Of a stretch of 64,000 bases of DNA, positions 41,256-51,204 are shown piece by piece. Each line of letters opens with the position of its first letter. The first letter of the stretch is position 1. The translations under genes were made by a program, and so were the position numbers. This DNA comes from Bacteroidota bacterium (lineage in GTDB: Bacteria > Bacteroidota > Bacteroidia > Bacteroidales > UBA6013), in assembly GCA_020048645.1 (NCBI GenBank), contig JAIFMG010000097.1, positions 1,498 through 65,497 on the forward strand. Reading direction: 5' to 3'. The notes under the pieces were generated by a model, which worked only from the letters and a program-made list of their open reading frames with translations, did no database searches and had not been told where the DNA came from.

Positions 41256-41399
41256 ACGGGCAACATTTCGGCGACCGGGCCGTTCTGCTTGCCAACTTGT
41301 CAGGCCAGAGCCATGTCCGCCAAGCCTTGGCACGCTCTTTGGCCCGGAGAGGCCAACCCGCTGACAACAACGCATCTTTACCCATAATCCCTTCAACCT

Positions 41400-42452
41400 A
41401 TGCCGATGCCCATTTTCAAAAAAAACAACGTTCTTTTCATCGCTCTTCTCGCATTGCTCGGGGGCAACAGCCCCGCTGTGCTGGCGCAAGAAGCAGAGAC
41501 CAGCCTGGTCAACTGGCTGACCATCGAGCAGGCCGATTCCATGTGCCAGATTTACGACAAGCCCCTCTTCATCGACGTTTATACCGACTGGTGCGGATGG
41601 TGCAAGCACATGATGCGCACCACTTTTTCCAATCCGCAGATTGCCAACTTGATCAACAACAAGTTCTACCCAGTCCGAATGGATGCAGAAAGCACTGATA
41701 CAACATACTACAAAGGCAAGGCCTACGGAGCCACCAACGGCAAGACCAACGACCTGGCCATTGAGCTGATGTCCGGCCGGCTCTCCTACCCGACCATCGT
41801 CTATGTATCCAAAGACGACCAGCCCAGCCCCGTGGCCGGCTACATGGACACCCGCCAGATCGAGCCGCTGCTCTACTTTTTCGGCGAATCGGCAAACCAG
41901 AATACCTCCTTCGACCTGTTCGAGCACAACTTCAAGCTCTCTTTCGTTCCCGATTCGGTGAAATCGGTCGATCCCAAGGAAGTTACCTCGGGCGAAGTCC
42001 GCTGGTACACCTTCGCCGAGGCCGAGGCCTTGCAGCGGCAAAACCCCAAGCTGCTCTACATCGACATCTATGCCGACATCTACGCGACGGCCCTCATGAT
42101 GGAAAAAACAACCTACAAACACCCTATCATCGCCCAGTACATCAACGACAATTTTTACCCTGTCCGATTCGATGCCGCGAGCCGCGAGCCCATCCAATTC
42201 CTGGGGCAAACTTTTGTCAACGCCGGGGAAGGAGAGTATAGCCTGCACCAACTGGCCGGGGCCTTCCTGGGGCAGCAAATCGAATTCCCGACCATCTTCT
42301 TCATGGACGAGAACCAGCGCATCGTCAACCGAATGACCTACTACCTGGACCCGGTGACGCTGGAGCCCATCTTGCACTACTTCGGCGACAAGGCCTTCCC
42401 GAATACCGACTGGAACACCTTCCGGCAATCTTTCCAGAGCGAAATCAACTAA
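41400..42452 (+). CDS. Exported tandem thioredoxin-fold (DUF255-like) protein
   Basis: Signal peptide; domain 1 IDVYTDWCGWCKHM, domain 2 IDIYADIYATALMM; repeated FYPVR.DA and (Y/F)PTI. Confidence 0.82.
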   Translation: MPMPIFKKNNVLFIALLALLGGNSPAVLAQEAETSLVNWLTIEQADSMCQIYDKPLFIDVYTDWCGWCKHMMRTTFSNPQIANLINNKFYPVRMDAESTDTTYYKGKAYGATNGKTNDLAIELMSGRLSYPTIVYVSKDDQPSPVAGYMDTRQIEPLLYFFGESANQNTSFDLFEHNFKLSFVPDSVKSVDPKEVTSGEVRWYTFAEAEALQRQNPKLLYIDIYADIYATALMMEKTTYKHPIIAQYINDNFYPVRFDAASREPIQFLGQTFVNAGEGEYSLHQLAGAFLGQQIEFPTIFFMDENQRIVNRMTYYLDPVTLEPILHYFGDKAFPNTDWNTFRQSFQSEIN

Positions 42453-42475
42453 GCTGTCCAATAAGCGACCAACCC

Positions 42476-42526
42476 AAAACAATCGAAAACCCCAAGCCCT
42501 CGCAAGGCCTGGGGTTTTCGATTTTT
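42476..42526. terminator. Bidirectional intrinsic terminator
   Basis: AATCGAAAACCCCA...TGGGGTTTTCGATT long hairpin between convergent genes, flanked by A/T runs. Confidence 0.8.
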
Positions 42527-42544
42527 GGCAAAACAAGCGTCCCT

Positions 42545-42961
42545 TCAGGCCACCGTTTCCGCCTCGAGCAGCCAGGCCATCGCGGTCTCCACGTCGCCGA
42601 AGTGGGCGATGATTCCGCTGTGGCCCACCACTTTCTGCGAGTTGTCCGAGAAGCTCTTCACGGACATTCGCGTGAAGACGCTCTCGGGCAGGACGAAGGC
42701 CATGCGCCGCAAACCCGCGGCGACCAAGCCAGGCATGAGCGCGGCGGCGTAATCCGTCGATTCTTGCTTGAGCAGGCCCTGCTTCCGCGTATCGGACAGG
42801 ATCAAGTGGAACTCGTATTGGTGCGCCAGGGGAGCCAAGCTGTCAATGGCCGTCTTGAACTCCTCATGCTTGGCGAAGCCGATCCATTCTTGCAAGAGCA
42901 GCTTGCGGGCAGGATCGTAAGTGAATTTGGCGAAACGCGATTCGTAAAGTGTCATGGGCAT
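42545..42961 (-). CDS. STAS/SEC14-like (SpoIIAA-like) small protein
   Basis: LLQEW.G, LSDTR, GLRRMAFV, HFGDVETAMAWL. Confidence 0.65.
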   Translation of the reverse strand: MPMTLYESRFAKFTYDPARKLLLQEWIGFAKHEEFKTAIDSLAPLAHQYEFHLILSDTRKQGLLKQESTDYAAALMPGLVAAGLRRMAFVLPESVFTRMSVKSFSDNSQKVVGHSGIIAHFGDVETAMAWLLEAETVA

Positions 42962-43132
42962 TGGAATTGGGGTTTGCAGTGAGATTTTGAGCGGAGCGGT
43001 GAAGGCTGCCGTTCAAAATGACAGGTCAAGAATCCCACAACCCGAGGTTGCGGCTCCACAATCTTTGCGGTTGGGGTACAAATGGAAGTGCGCAGGAGTC
43101 CTTGCCTGGAAAAACGCGAAGGCCGTCCTACC

Positions 43133-43396
43133 TCAAGGAGCACCTTGAGACGGAGCGTCGAACCAGTAGTGTTCGAGCCGGAGGAAATGCTCGAGCGCCA
43201 GTTCGAGCAGGGCCGGGGTGGCAATGCCTTGCGCCGTGGCCAGCTCCTCGAAGCGCTTCAGGAGCTGGGGCGAAATGCCCTCGACGGGAACGCTGGCCTC
43301 GGCGGAAGGCTCGGGCTCCTGCGAGGCCGGCTGTATCTGGCGGGTGTTCTTGACCAGCGCGTTCTCAAACTGTCGGACGTCGCGTTTTTTAGCCAT
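43133..43396 (-). CDS. Small ParA-partner protein, possible C-terminal ribbon-helix-helix
   Basis: 8-nt overlap with the ParA gene; disordered N-terminal half, then ISPQLLKRFEELATAQGIATPALLELALEHFL. Confidence 0.6.
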   Translation of the reverse strand: MAKKRDVRQFENALVKNTRQIQPASQEPEPSAEASVPVEGISPQLLKRFEELATAQGIATPALLELALEHFLRLEHYWFDAPSQGAP

Positions 43397-44150
43397 GTTT
43401 TTGCAGGATTTCTTGGGCCAATTCGAGGTATTGTACGGCGCCTCGGCTCTTGGAGTCGTACTCGAAGATGGTCTGGCGCAAGGATGAGCTCTCCATGAGC
43501 TTGATGTCCTGGGCGATGAGGGTCTGGTAGCGCTTGTTGGCCAGTTGCGGGTCGCGGTCGAGGTTGTTGAGCACGGCCTGGGAGAAGCGGGTGCGCATGG
43601 ACTGCTTGACGAAGAGGATGCCGGCGAGCTCGAGGCGCGGGTTCATGCGCTTGCGCACCTTTTCGGCAATGGCCAGGATCTTGTCGAGGCCGATGTAGGC
43701 GAAGTTTTCGGCCTGCATGGGCACGATGTAGAAGTCGGCCGCGACCAAGGCGTTGACGGACAGGGCGCCCAGGCTGGGCGGGCAGTCGAGCAGGATGAAG
43801 TCGAACTGGGACTTGAGCGGCTCTAGGGCCTCGGCCAGGAGGAACTCGCGGCCGGGCTCGTTGTTGACCTGGTTCTCGTAGTCGAGCAGCTTGTCGGAGG
43901 AAGGCAGCAGGAAGAGGTTTTCGACGGGCACCAGGGCCTTGTCGGCAGGGCATTTCCCGAGCAGGAAGGTTCCGGCGTGCCGGTCGTCGGGTGCCTCGAC
44001 GCCCAGGTGCGAGCTGAGGTTGCACTGGCTGTCGAGGTCCACCAGCAAAACGCGTCGGCCTAGGCGGGCCAGGGCGGCTCCGAGGTTGGCCACGGTGGTG
44101 GTCTTTCCGGTGCCTCCCTTGTTGTTGATGATGGCGAAGGTTTTGGCCAT
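43389..44150 (-). CDS. ParA/Soj family ATPase (orphan)
   Basis: Deviant Walker A KGGTGKTT, VDLDSQCN, DCPPSLG; TATTTTTG box at 44189-44196. Confidence 0.93.
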   Translation of the reverse strand: MAKTFAIINNKGGTGKTTTVANLGAALARLGRRVLLVDLDSQCNLSSHLGVEAPDDRHAGTFLLGKCPADKALVPVENLFLLPSSDKLLDYENQVNNEPGREFLLAEALEPLKSQFDFILLDCPPSLGALSVNALVAADFYIVPMQAENFAYIGLDKILAIAEKVRKRMNPRLELAGILFVKQSMRTRFSQAVLNNLDRDPQLANKRYQTLIAQDIKLMESSSLRQTIFEYDSKSRGAVQYLELAQEILQKHG

Positions 44151-44226
44151 GATTGCGCGCTTTAGGTTTTTCGGACCTGAGTTTCCCTCAAAAATAGCAA
44201 AAAAAGGCGGTGTCGGATCGTGGGGA

Positions 44227-45330
44227 TCAAGGTTTTCGGTGGGCCAGTTGCAAATTGGTCTGGTCGATGCGGAATCCGTAGTCGATGCCGAAGCCGAGTG
44301 GCCGGACGCCGGGACGCTGGTAGGCGGCCTTGAGGTCGGGCTGGTTGGCGTAGTCGAACTGCGAGATGGGATTTTCGTACTTTCCGTAGAGGGTCAGCTC
44401 CCACTCCTCGGGCTTGAAGTGCTTGTAGTCGATGCCGCAATCGGACTGGAAAATGTATTCCGATTCGCGCAGGGCGAGGTTTCGTATGTCGGTCATCCAG
44501 CGGCAGTAGTAGGCCGCTGCCTTGAAGTAGCTGGCATCAATGTCGAATTTTGACATGAACTTCATGAACTCGTGCGTCTCGGCCAGCTTCTGGTTCGAGA
44601 TGTCGTGCGAGAAGTAATAGAGCTTGCGAATCTGCTGCTCGCCAGGTTTTCTGTACTCGAAGTAGGCTCCAGAGATGTAATTGTCCTTGGGATCGTCTTT
44701 GTCGAGGGCCGGATTCGAGGGAATCTTGTTTCCGTCCTTGTCCAGAGTGAACTTTTCGACCCGCTCGACCTGGTATCCGCCGCGGGCCATGAAGACCATA
44801 ATGACGGGAATGACGCCCCGAAGCTCCATGCTGCGGTTGAAGTCGCGGCTCATGTAGCTTGTGATAAGGTAGCCCCATTGGTAGAGTGTTTCCGTAGAAA
44901 CACGCAAGGCCTCGAGGAAAGTCCTAAGGCTGTTTTGAGAAAGCTCCTCGACCTTGGGCAGGCTGCCGACGCGCTCGAGGCCCATCAGGAAAAAGGTCTG
45001 GGCCTGGGGGAAGAAGAGGTCGGCGTGCATGAAGTCCGGCCCGCTGAACGGATAGAAGACCGTGCGCGCCGTCTGGTTCATCTGGGCCAGTTCGGTCTGC
45101 ACGAAGGCCCGGATGGGCGGCAGCCGCTCGGCTTCTACCTTGGCGTAAATCTGGTCGTATGCCTGCTGGTGGGTTTGCCACATGGGGCTGGCTTCCAAGG
45201 GTTTGAGCGGACTGCCCTCGCGTTGGGGCAAACCCGCCAAGAAGCGGGCCAGCTCGTCGTAGTGTCGGTCTTGGGCGAAACTGGCCATGCCCAGCGCGAG
45301 CATGGCCAGCAGGAGGATTGTTTTTTTCAT
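44227..45330 (-). CDS. Exported hypothetical protein
   Basis: Signal peptide ending SFA-Q; 367 aa with a VFYPFSGPDF motif. Confidence 0.7.
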   Translation of the reverse strand: MKKTILLLAMLALGMASFAQDRHYDELARFLAGLPQREGSPLKPLEASPMWQTHQQAYDQIYAKVEAERLPPIRAFVQTELAQMNQTARTVFYPFSGPDFMHADLFFPQAQTFFLMGLERVGSLPKVEELSQNSLRTFLEALRVSTETLYQWGYLITSYMSRDFNRSMELRGVIPVIMVFMARGGYQVERVEKFTLDKDGNKIPSNPALDKDDPKDNYISGAYFEYRKPGEQQIRKLYYFSHDISNQKLAETHEFMKFMSKFDIDASYFKAAAYYCRWMTDIRNLALRESEYIFQSDCGIDYKHFKPEEWELTLYGKYENPISQFDYANQPDLKAAYQRPGVRPLGFGIDYGFRIDQTNLQLAHRKP

Positions 45331-45362
45331 GTCGATGGTTTTCAGGCGCGGGGCCTACGTTT

Positions 45363-47534
45363 TCAGAGGTTGTCGAAAATGAACTGGGTCAACTTCTGGT
45401 GGATGTGGAGGGTGGTGTTGGTCCCCGAAATCGAGTGGTTTTTGTCGGGGTAGATCATCATGTCGAACTGGACGCCCTCCTCGACCAGCTCCGTGACCAT
45501 TTCCATCGTGTTTTGCATGTGCACGTTGTCGTCGGCACTGCCATGCACGAGCAAGAACTTGCCTTTGATTTTGCCGACATGGTGGATGGGCGAGTTGTTG
45601 TCGTAGCCGCTGGCGTTGTCCTGGGGCAAGCCCATGTAGCGCTCGGTGTAGATGCTGTCGTAGAAGCGCCAGTTGGTAACGGGCGCCACGGCAATGGCCA
45701 TCGCGAAGACGTCGGCGCCTTGGGCCAGGCAGAGCGTGGACATGTAACCTCCATAGCTCCAGCCAAATATGCCGATGCGCTTGGCATCGACCCAGTCCTG
45801 GTCGGCCAGCCAGCGGGCGGCGTCGATCTGGTCTTGGGTCTCGTATTTGCCCAACTGCCCGTAGGTCATTTTCTTGAACTCGGTACCGCGGGCACCCGTT
45901 CCGCGGTTATCGACCGAGACGACGATGTAACCTTGTTGGGCGAGCAGTTGGAACCAGCCCAGGCGCCAATCCCAACTGTCGAGGACGGTCTGCGAGCCGG
46001 GGCCGCCATAGACGTACATGAAAACAGGGTACTGCTTCTGGGGGTCAAAGTCAGGGGGCTTGATGACCCAGGCGTTGAGCGCCAGGCCGTCGCGGTTGGG
46101 AATCTGGATGAACTCCTTGCGGCTGAAGCCAAAGAACTCGGCGGTGTTCTTGAGTTGGCTGTTCATTTCCAGCTCGCGGATGAGCTTGCCCTCGCCCTCG
46201 TGTAGCGTAACCTCGGTGGGAACGTTGGCGGCCGAGTAGGTGTTGATGAAATAGCGGAAATTCTGGCTGAACTCCACGCTGTTGGTTCCCTGTTTTGGGG
46301 TGAGCAGTTTCTTGTTTTTGCCATTGAGTCGGATGGAATAGACGCCCCGGCGCAAGGGCGACTCTTCGGCGGACTGGTAATAGACTTGCTCATTATCAGG
46401 ATTGTAGCCCAGGAATTGGGTAACGTCCCAATCGCCTTCGGTGATCTGCGCGACAAGGTTTCCGTCGAGACTGTGCAGGTAGATGTGGTTGTGGCCGTCG
46501 CGCTCGCTGGTCAGGACGAAGTGCTTTCCGTCGGGCAGGAAGGTCAGGTCGTCGTTGACCTCGACGTAGCGGGGATCCTCCTCGGCCAGGGCGACCCGCG
46601 AACGGCCATCGGCGGCGTTGGCCAGGAGCAGCTCCCACTTGTTTTGCAGGCGGTTGAGGCGGATGAAGCTGAGGGTCTGCGGGTCGCGGGTCCAGCGTAT
46701 GCGGGGGATGTACTGGTCGGGCTCGGTGCCCAGGTCAATGGCCTGGCGCCGGCCGCTGGCCAGCTCGTGGACGTAGAGCTCGACGGTGGCGTTTCGCTCC
46801 CCAGCCTTGGGATATTTGAAGCGGTACCACTCGGGGTAGAGGCCGCTGTACATGGTCATGTTGAACTGCTTGACCTGGCTCTCGTCGAAGCGGTAGTAGG
46901 CGATGCGGCTGCCATCGGGGGCCCACTCGAAGGCCTTCGAGAAGCCGAACTCCTCTTCATAGACCCAGTCTGGGGCTCCGTTGATGATTTCGTTGAAAAC
47001 GCCATCGGTGGTGATCTGCTTTTCTTGGCCCGTGGTCAAGTCCTTGACAAAGAGATTGTTGGCACGCACGAAGGCTAACTTGTCCGAAGTTGGGGAGAAA
47101 GTCGCCAGTTGCTGGGCGCCGTTTTCGGAAAGCGGGCGGAGCGTCTTGTCGTCGAGCTGGTAGAGCATGAAATCGGCGGTGAAGGAATGCCGGTAGATGT
47201 CCAACCGGTTGGTGGTCAGCAGCAAGTATTTCTCGTCGGGGCTTAGGGCATACGCGTCAATCTCGCCGATTCCGGGATGGTTGTTGGCCGAAAAGAGGGT
47301 CTCGACGGCGGCTCCGTCGCGGTAGCGGTACTTGATGATCCGGCCCTGCTCGAGGGTGGTGTAGTGCTCGCCGTCGGCCATTGAGCTGATTCCCCGGACG
47401 GTGTTGGGGTAAAACAACCACTCTCGCCAGACGTTTTGCAGGCTGATGGCACGCTGGGCGAGCGCGGGCGAGCCCGAGAGGGCCACGGCGAGGAAGCCCA
47501 GGAGGATGAGGAATGGAGTACGCTGTTTGAACAT
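45363..47534 (-). CDS. Dipeptidyl-peptidase IV (S9B)
   Basis: DWVYEEE, YPKAG, YGGPGSQ, GWSYGG, DDNVH, catalytic His in KNHSI. Confidence 0.95.
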   Translation of the reverse strand: MFKQRTPFLILLGFLAVALSGSPALAQRAISLQNVWREWLFYPNTVRGISSMADGEHYTTLEQGRIIKYRYRDGAAVETLFSANNHPGIGEIDAYALSPDEKYLLLTTNRLDIYRHSFTADFMLYQLDDKTLRPLSENGAQQLATFSPTSDKLAFVRANNLFVKDLTTGQEKQITTDGVFNEIINGAPDWVYEEEFGFSKAFEWAPDGSRIAYYRFDESQVKQFNMTMYSGLYPEWYRFKYPKAGERNATVELYVHELASGRRQAIDLGTEPDQYIPRIRWTRDPQTLSFIRLNRLQNKWELLLANAADGRSRVALAEEDPRYVEVNDDLTFLPDGKHFVLTSERDGHNHIYLHSLDGNLVAQITEGDWDVTQFLGYNPDNEQVYYQSAEESPLRRGVYSIRLNGKNKKLLTPKQGTNSVEFSQNFRYFINTYSAANVPTEVTLHEGEGKLIRELEMNSQLKNTAEFFGFSRKEFIQIPNRDGLALNAWVIKPPDFDPQKQYPVFMYVYGGPGSQTVLDSWDWRLGWFQLLAQQGYIVVSVDNRGTGARGTEFKKMTYGQLGKYETQDQIDAARWLADQDWVDAKRIGIFGWSYGGYMSTLCLAQGADVFAMAIAVAPVTNWRFYDSIYTERYMGLPQDNASGYDNNSPIHHVGKIKGKFLLVHGSADDNVHMQNTMEMVTELVEEGVQFDMMIYPDKNHSISGTNTTLHIHQKLTQFIFDNL

Positions 47535-47831
47535 TGGGGTTCGGATTGGGTTGGGTTGGTGCTGGTCGCGAATATTGGAAAAAAAAACCGACCAAAGGCA
47601 GTCTTGCCTGTTCCCAATCGTTTCGGAAGGCCCGCGTTGCCCTGCCCGAAATGCCCATTCGCGGCATGATTTCCAACTTAGGGCCTTCACAAGAGGCTAA
47701 TCCTTTTCATTTTTTGCTATTTTTGGAATGCTTGCGTGCGAAAATAGGACATCATTGCGTTTTGTAATTGTTCAATCATCTGGCAATCAATTTCTTGACC
47801 CATACTTTTCCGCAAGAAACCCACCACAGCC

Positions 47832-50024
47832 ATGAAAAACGCCTTCCGAACGCTAGTGTTGCTGGCGCTGCTGGCCTTCCTGGGGCCTTCCTGCCTCTGG
47901 GCACAGAACCCGCGCCTCGACAGCTTGGAAAGGCTGCTGGCCGTGGCCCAAGACGACACCGCGAAGGCGAACCTGATGGTCAGCCTGGGCCTGGAAATCT
48001 ACGCCAGCGACAAAAAGCGCAGCTTCGACCTGGCCTCGCAGGCCCTTTCGATCAGCGAGCAGAAAGGCTACGAACTGGGCATGGCCCGTAGCCACAACCT
48101 GCTGGGCCTGATCTATGGCCGCATCGACAACGACTATCCCAACGCCTTTCGCAACTTCTCCCAATCGGCCGAGTTGTACGAGCAGATTGGCAACTTGCCC
48201 CTGGCCGCCAAAAACTACTCGAACATGGGCCTGGTCTTCAACCTGCAAGGCAACAACAAGCTCGCCCTGGAGTATTACTTCAAGGCCCTGGAGATGCACG
48301 AGAGGGCCGGAAGCCGCGACCAGATGGCCGGGGTGCTCAACAACCTGGGCAACAGCTACTACCAGTTGAGGCAATACGACGAAGCCCTCGACAGCTACAA
48401 GAAGGCCCTCGACATCAACCTCGCCGCCCCGGAGGTCAACCCGCAGCTCGGCTCGAACTACCACAACATCGCCCTGATCCTGTACGAACAAAAGCTCTTC
48501 GTGGATGCCGAGGAGAACTTCCGCAAAGCCTTGCGACACCACCGGCAGGCCGGCGATTCCAGCGGGGTGCTGAGCGATTTCGTCAAACTCTCGACCATTT
48601 CCATCGAGATGGGCGCCCTCGACAAGGCCGCCCTCCAGGCAGAATACGCCCAGCAGATGGCCCGGCAAGTCAACACCCCCGTCGCGCTGGCCGAGGCGAT
48701 CGCCCAACTCGGAGCCATACACCTTGTCAAAGGCGAGCTGCAAGAGGCCAGGCGCAACTACCTCGAAGCGCTCCGCATCGGCGACAGCATCCACCATGTC
48801 AACGTCATCGAAAACGCCCTCAACCATCTCAAGACAATCAACGCCCAGAAGGGCGACTTCAAACTCGCCTACGAGTACTCCGAAAGGCTCAAGGCCCTCA
48901 CGGACAGCCTCATCAACCGCGAGGTGCTCGACAACGCCACCCGCCTGAACACCCAGTTCGTCATGGGCCAGAAAATCAAGGAAATCGAACTTGAGAAAGA
49001 GCAGCTCCGGCGAGAGATGGAAGAGAAGGCCGAACGCGACCGGCTCTGGAAGATCTATGCCGGCATCATTCTCCTGCTGGCCCTGGCCATCATCCTCCTC
49101 CTGGCCTACTTCATCGCCGTCAAGAAACGCGACAACGCCGAACTGGCCTACCAAAAGGAGGAAATCCTCCAGCAAAAAGAGGAAATCGAGGCCCAGAACA
49201 ACGAGCTGCACCGCTACCAGCACCACTTGCAACAGCTTGTGGACGAGCAGACCAAGGACCTCATGCTCGCCAAGGAGAAGGCCGAGCAGTCCGAAAGGCT
49301 CAAAACTGCCTTCCTGGCCAACATCTCACACGAAATCCGAACTCCCATCAACGCCATCAACGGGTTCTCCTCCCTGCTCAACTACCCCGGCCTCACCGAC
49401 GAAAGCCGGCAGAAGTACGTCAACATCATCACCTCCAACACCGACCAGCTCCTACGCGTCATCAACGACATCGTGGACATTTCAAAGCTCGAGACCAACC
49501 AGCTCGAGATCTTCAAGACCGACTTCGACCTCTACGAATGCCTGAGGGAGCGCCTGGCCACCCTCGAAAAGAGACTCGCCAAGAAGGCCAAGCCCGAGCT
49601 CGTGCTGCAACTCGAGTTCGACAAAGAGCTCTCGGGCGAGCGGCTCGTCACCGACAAGGCACGGCTGGAGCAAATCCTCTACAACCTGCTCGACAACGCC
49701 ATCAAGTTCACCGAAAAAGGCCAAATCAAGTTCGGTGTCAAGCTGCAGGACGAGCACAACCTGCTCTTCTTCGTCGAAGATACCGGAATCGGCATGTCGG
49801 CCGCCAACCAGGAGCTTGCCTTCTCGCCCTTCCGGCAGATCCAGATCTCATTCTCGCGCGACTTCGGCGGCACGGGCCTGGGCCTCTCCATCACCAAGCG
49901 CCTGGTCGAGCTCATGGGCGGAAGCCTGCGCATCCGCTCCGCCGAAGGCAAAGGCACCCGCGTGGCCTTCCAACTGCCCTTCCAAACCCAGCTCGAAGAA
50001 AGCGACATCCTCGGACGGATTTGA
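47832..50024 (+). CDS. TPR-repeat sensor histidine kinase
   Basis: Signal peptide, periplasmic TPRs, TM, FLANISHEIRTP, NLLDNAIKFT, DTGIG, GGTGLGL. Confidence 0.92.
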   Translation: MKNAFRTLVLLALLAFLGPSCLWAQNPRLDSLERLLAVAQDDTAKANLMVSLGLEIYASDKKRSFDLASQALSISEQKGYELGMARSHNLLGLIYGRIDNDYPNAFRNFSQSAELYEQIGNLPLAAKNYSNMGLVFNLQGNNKLALEYYFKALEMHERAGSRDQMAGVLNNLGNSYYQLRQYDEALDSYKKALDINLAAPEVNPQLGSNYHNIALILYEQKLFVDAEENFRKALRHHRQAGDSSGVLSDFVKLSTISIEMGALDKAALQAEYAQQMARQVNTPVALAEAIAQLGAIHLVKGELQEARRNYLEALRIGDSIHHVNVIENALNHLKTINAQKGDFKLAYEYSERLKALTDSLINREVLDNATRLNTQFVMGQKIKEIELEKEQLRREMEEKAERDRLWKIYAGIILLLALAIILLLAYFIAVKKRDNAELAYQKEEILQQKEEIEAQNNELHRYQHHLQQLVDEQTKDLMLAKEKAEQSERLKTAFLANISHEIRTPINAINGFSSLLNYPGLTDESRQKYVNIITSNTDQLLRVINDIVDISKLETNQLEIFKTDFDLYECLRERLATLEKRLAKKAKPELVLQLEFDKELSGERLVTDKARLEQILYNLLDNAIKFTEKGQIKFGVKLQDEHNLLFFVEDTGIGMSAANQELAFSPFRQIQISFSRDFGGTGLGLSITKRLVELMGGSLRIRSAEGKGTRVAFQLPFQTQLEESDILGRI

Positions 50025-50101
50025 CCCTGCGCGCGCGGCCTCACCAACCCGCAAGGCCTTGGAATCCAGCTTTCGTCCAGCACCCCAAACCAACCAACGC
50101 C

Positions 50102-51202
50102 ATGAAACTGCTGATTTGCGCCGACAAGTTCAAAGGCTCGCTGACGGCCGAGCAAGTCGTCGAAGCCCTGGCCTGGGCCTGCCACCGCCTGGGCATCGAG
50201 GCCGACGCCCTCGCGCTGGCCGACGGCGGCGACGGATTCCTCGACAGCCTTTCCGACCTGCGGGGAGCCACGCTGGGAAAGGTGCCCGCCCGCGATGCCC
50301 TGGGCCGCGAAAAAGACGCCCCCTGGCTGGCCCTCGGCCCGACAGCCTACCTCGAGCTGGCCCAGATTTGCGGCCTGGCGGAGCTCGCCCCCGAAGATCG
50401 GCAGCCCGAAAAGCGCTCCTCCTACGGCCTGGGCCAAGCCCTCGCGGCGCTGGACCGGCGCGGGTTCGCCACGATCGTCGCAGGCCTCGGCGGCAGTGCC
50501 AGCCACGACCTCGGCATGGGCATGGCCTCCGCCCTCGGCTTCCGCTTCCTCGACCGGCAGGGCCGCGCGCTGGAACCGCTGGGCGAGAACCTCGGGCTGG
50601 TGGAAACCATCCGGCCCCCGGCGCGGCCCTTGCGGGCGCGCGTTGTCGCGGCCACCGACGTGCGCAGCCCCCTGCTCGGCCCCAAGGGCGCCGCACGGCT
50701 CTTCGCCCCACAGAAGGGAGCCACGCCCGAAACGGTGGAACGGCTAGAAGCCGGCTCGCGGCGGATCGCCCAGATCTGGGCACAGCAATCGGGCATCGAC
50801 CACGGCCTGACCCCGGGCGCCGGAGCCGCGGGCGGAATCGGCTGGGCCATGGCCAGCTTCCTCGACGCCCCGCTCCGCTCGGGCTTCGACCTGCTGGCCG
50901 ATGCCTTCGCCTTGCGCGATCGCCTCCAAAAGGCCGACGCCCTGATCGCCACCGAAGGCCAGCTCGACCGAAGCTCCTTCGAGGGGAAGCTGGTCGGGCG
51001 GCTTTGGGAATGGGCCAGCGCCATGGGCAAGCCGATGGCCGTCATCTGCGGCCAGGCCCTGGCAGGCGCCGCGCCCCAAGGCATGGCCGTGCTCTCGCTC
51101 AGTGAGCGCTTCGGCCTGAAAGCCTCGCTGGGCCGGCCGGCCGAGCTGCTGCCCGAGGCCCTGTCCGCCTTGCTCAAAGGCGGATTCCCGCCGCGGACTT
51201 GA
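50102..51202 (+). CDS. Glycerate kinase (GlxK/GarK family)
   Basis: DKFKGSL, ADGGDG, GLGGSASHD.G, GAGAAGG, EGQLD. Confidence 0.92.
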   Translation: MKLLICADKFKGSLTAEQVVEALAWACHRLGIEADALALADGGDGFLDSLSDLRGATLGKVPARDALGREKDAPWLALGPTAYLELAQICGLAELAPEDRQPEKRSSYGLGQALAALDRRGFATIVAGLGGSASHDLGMGMASALGFRFLDRQGRALEPLGENLGLVETIRPPARPLRARVVAATDVRSPLLGPKGAARLFAPQKGATPETVERLEAGSRRIAQIWAQQSGIDHGLTPGAGAAGGIGWAMASFLDAPLRSGFDLLADAFALRDRLQKADALIATEGQLDRSSFEGKLVGRLWEWASAMGKPMAVICGQALAGAAPQGMAVLSLSERFGLKASLGRPAELLPEALSALLKGGFPPRT

Positions 51203-51204
51203 GG

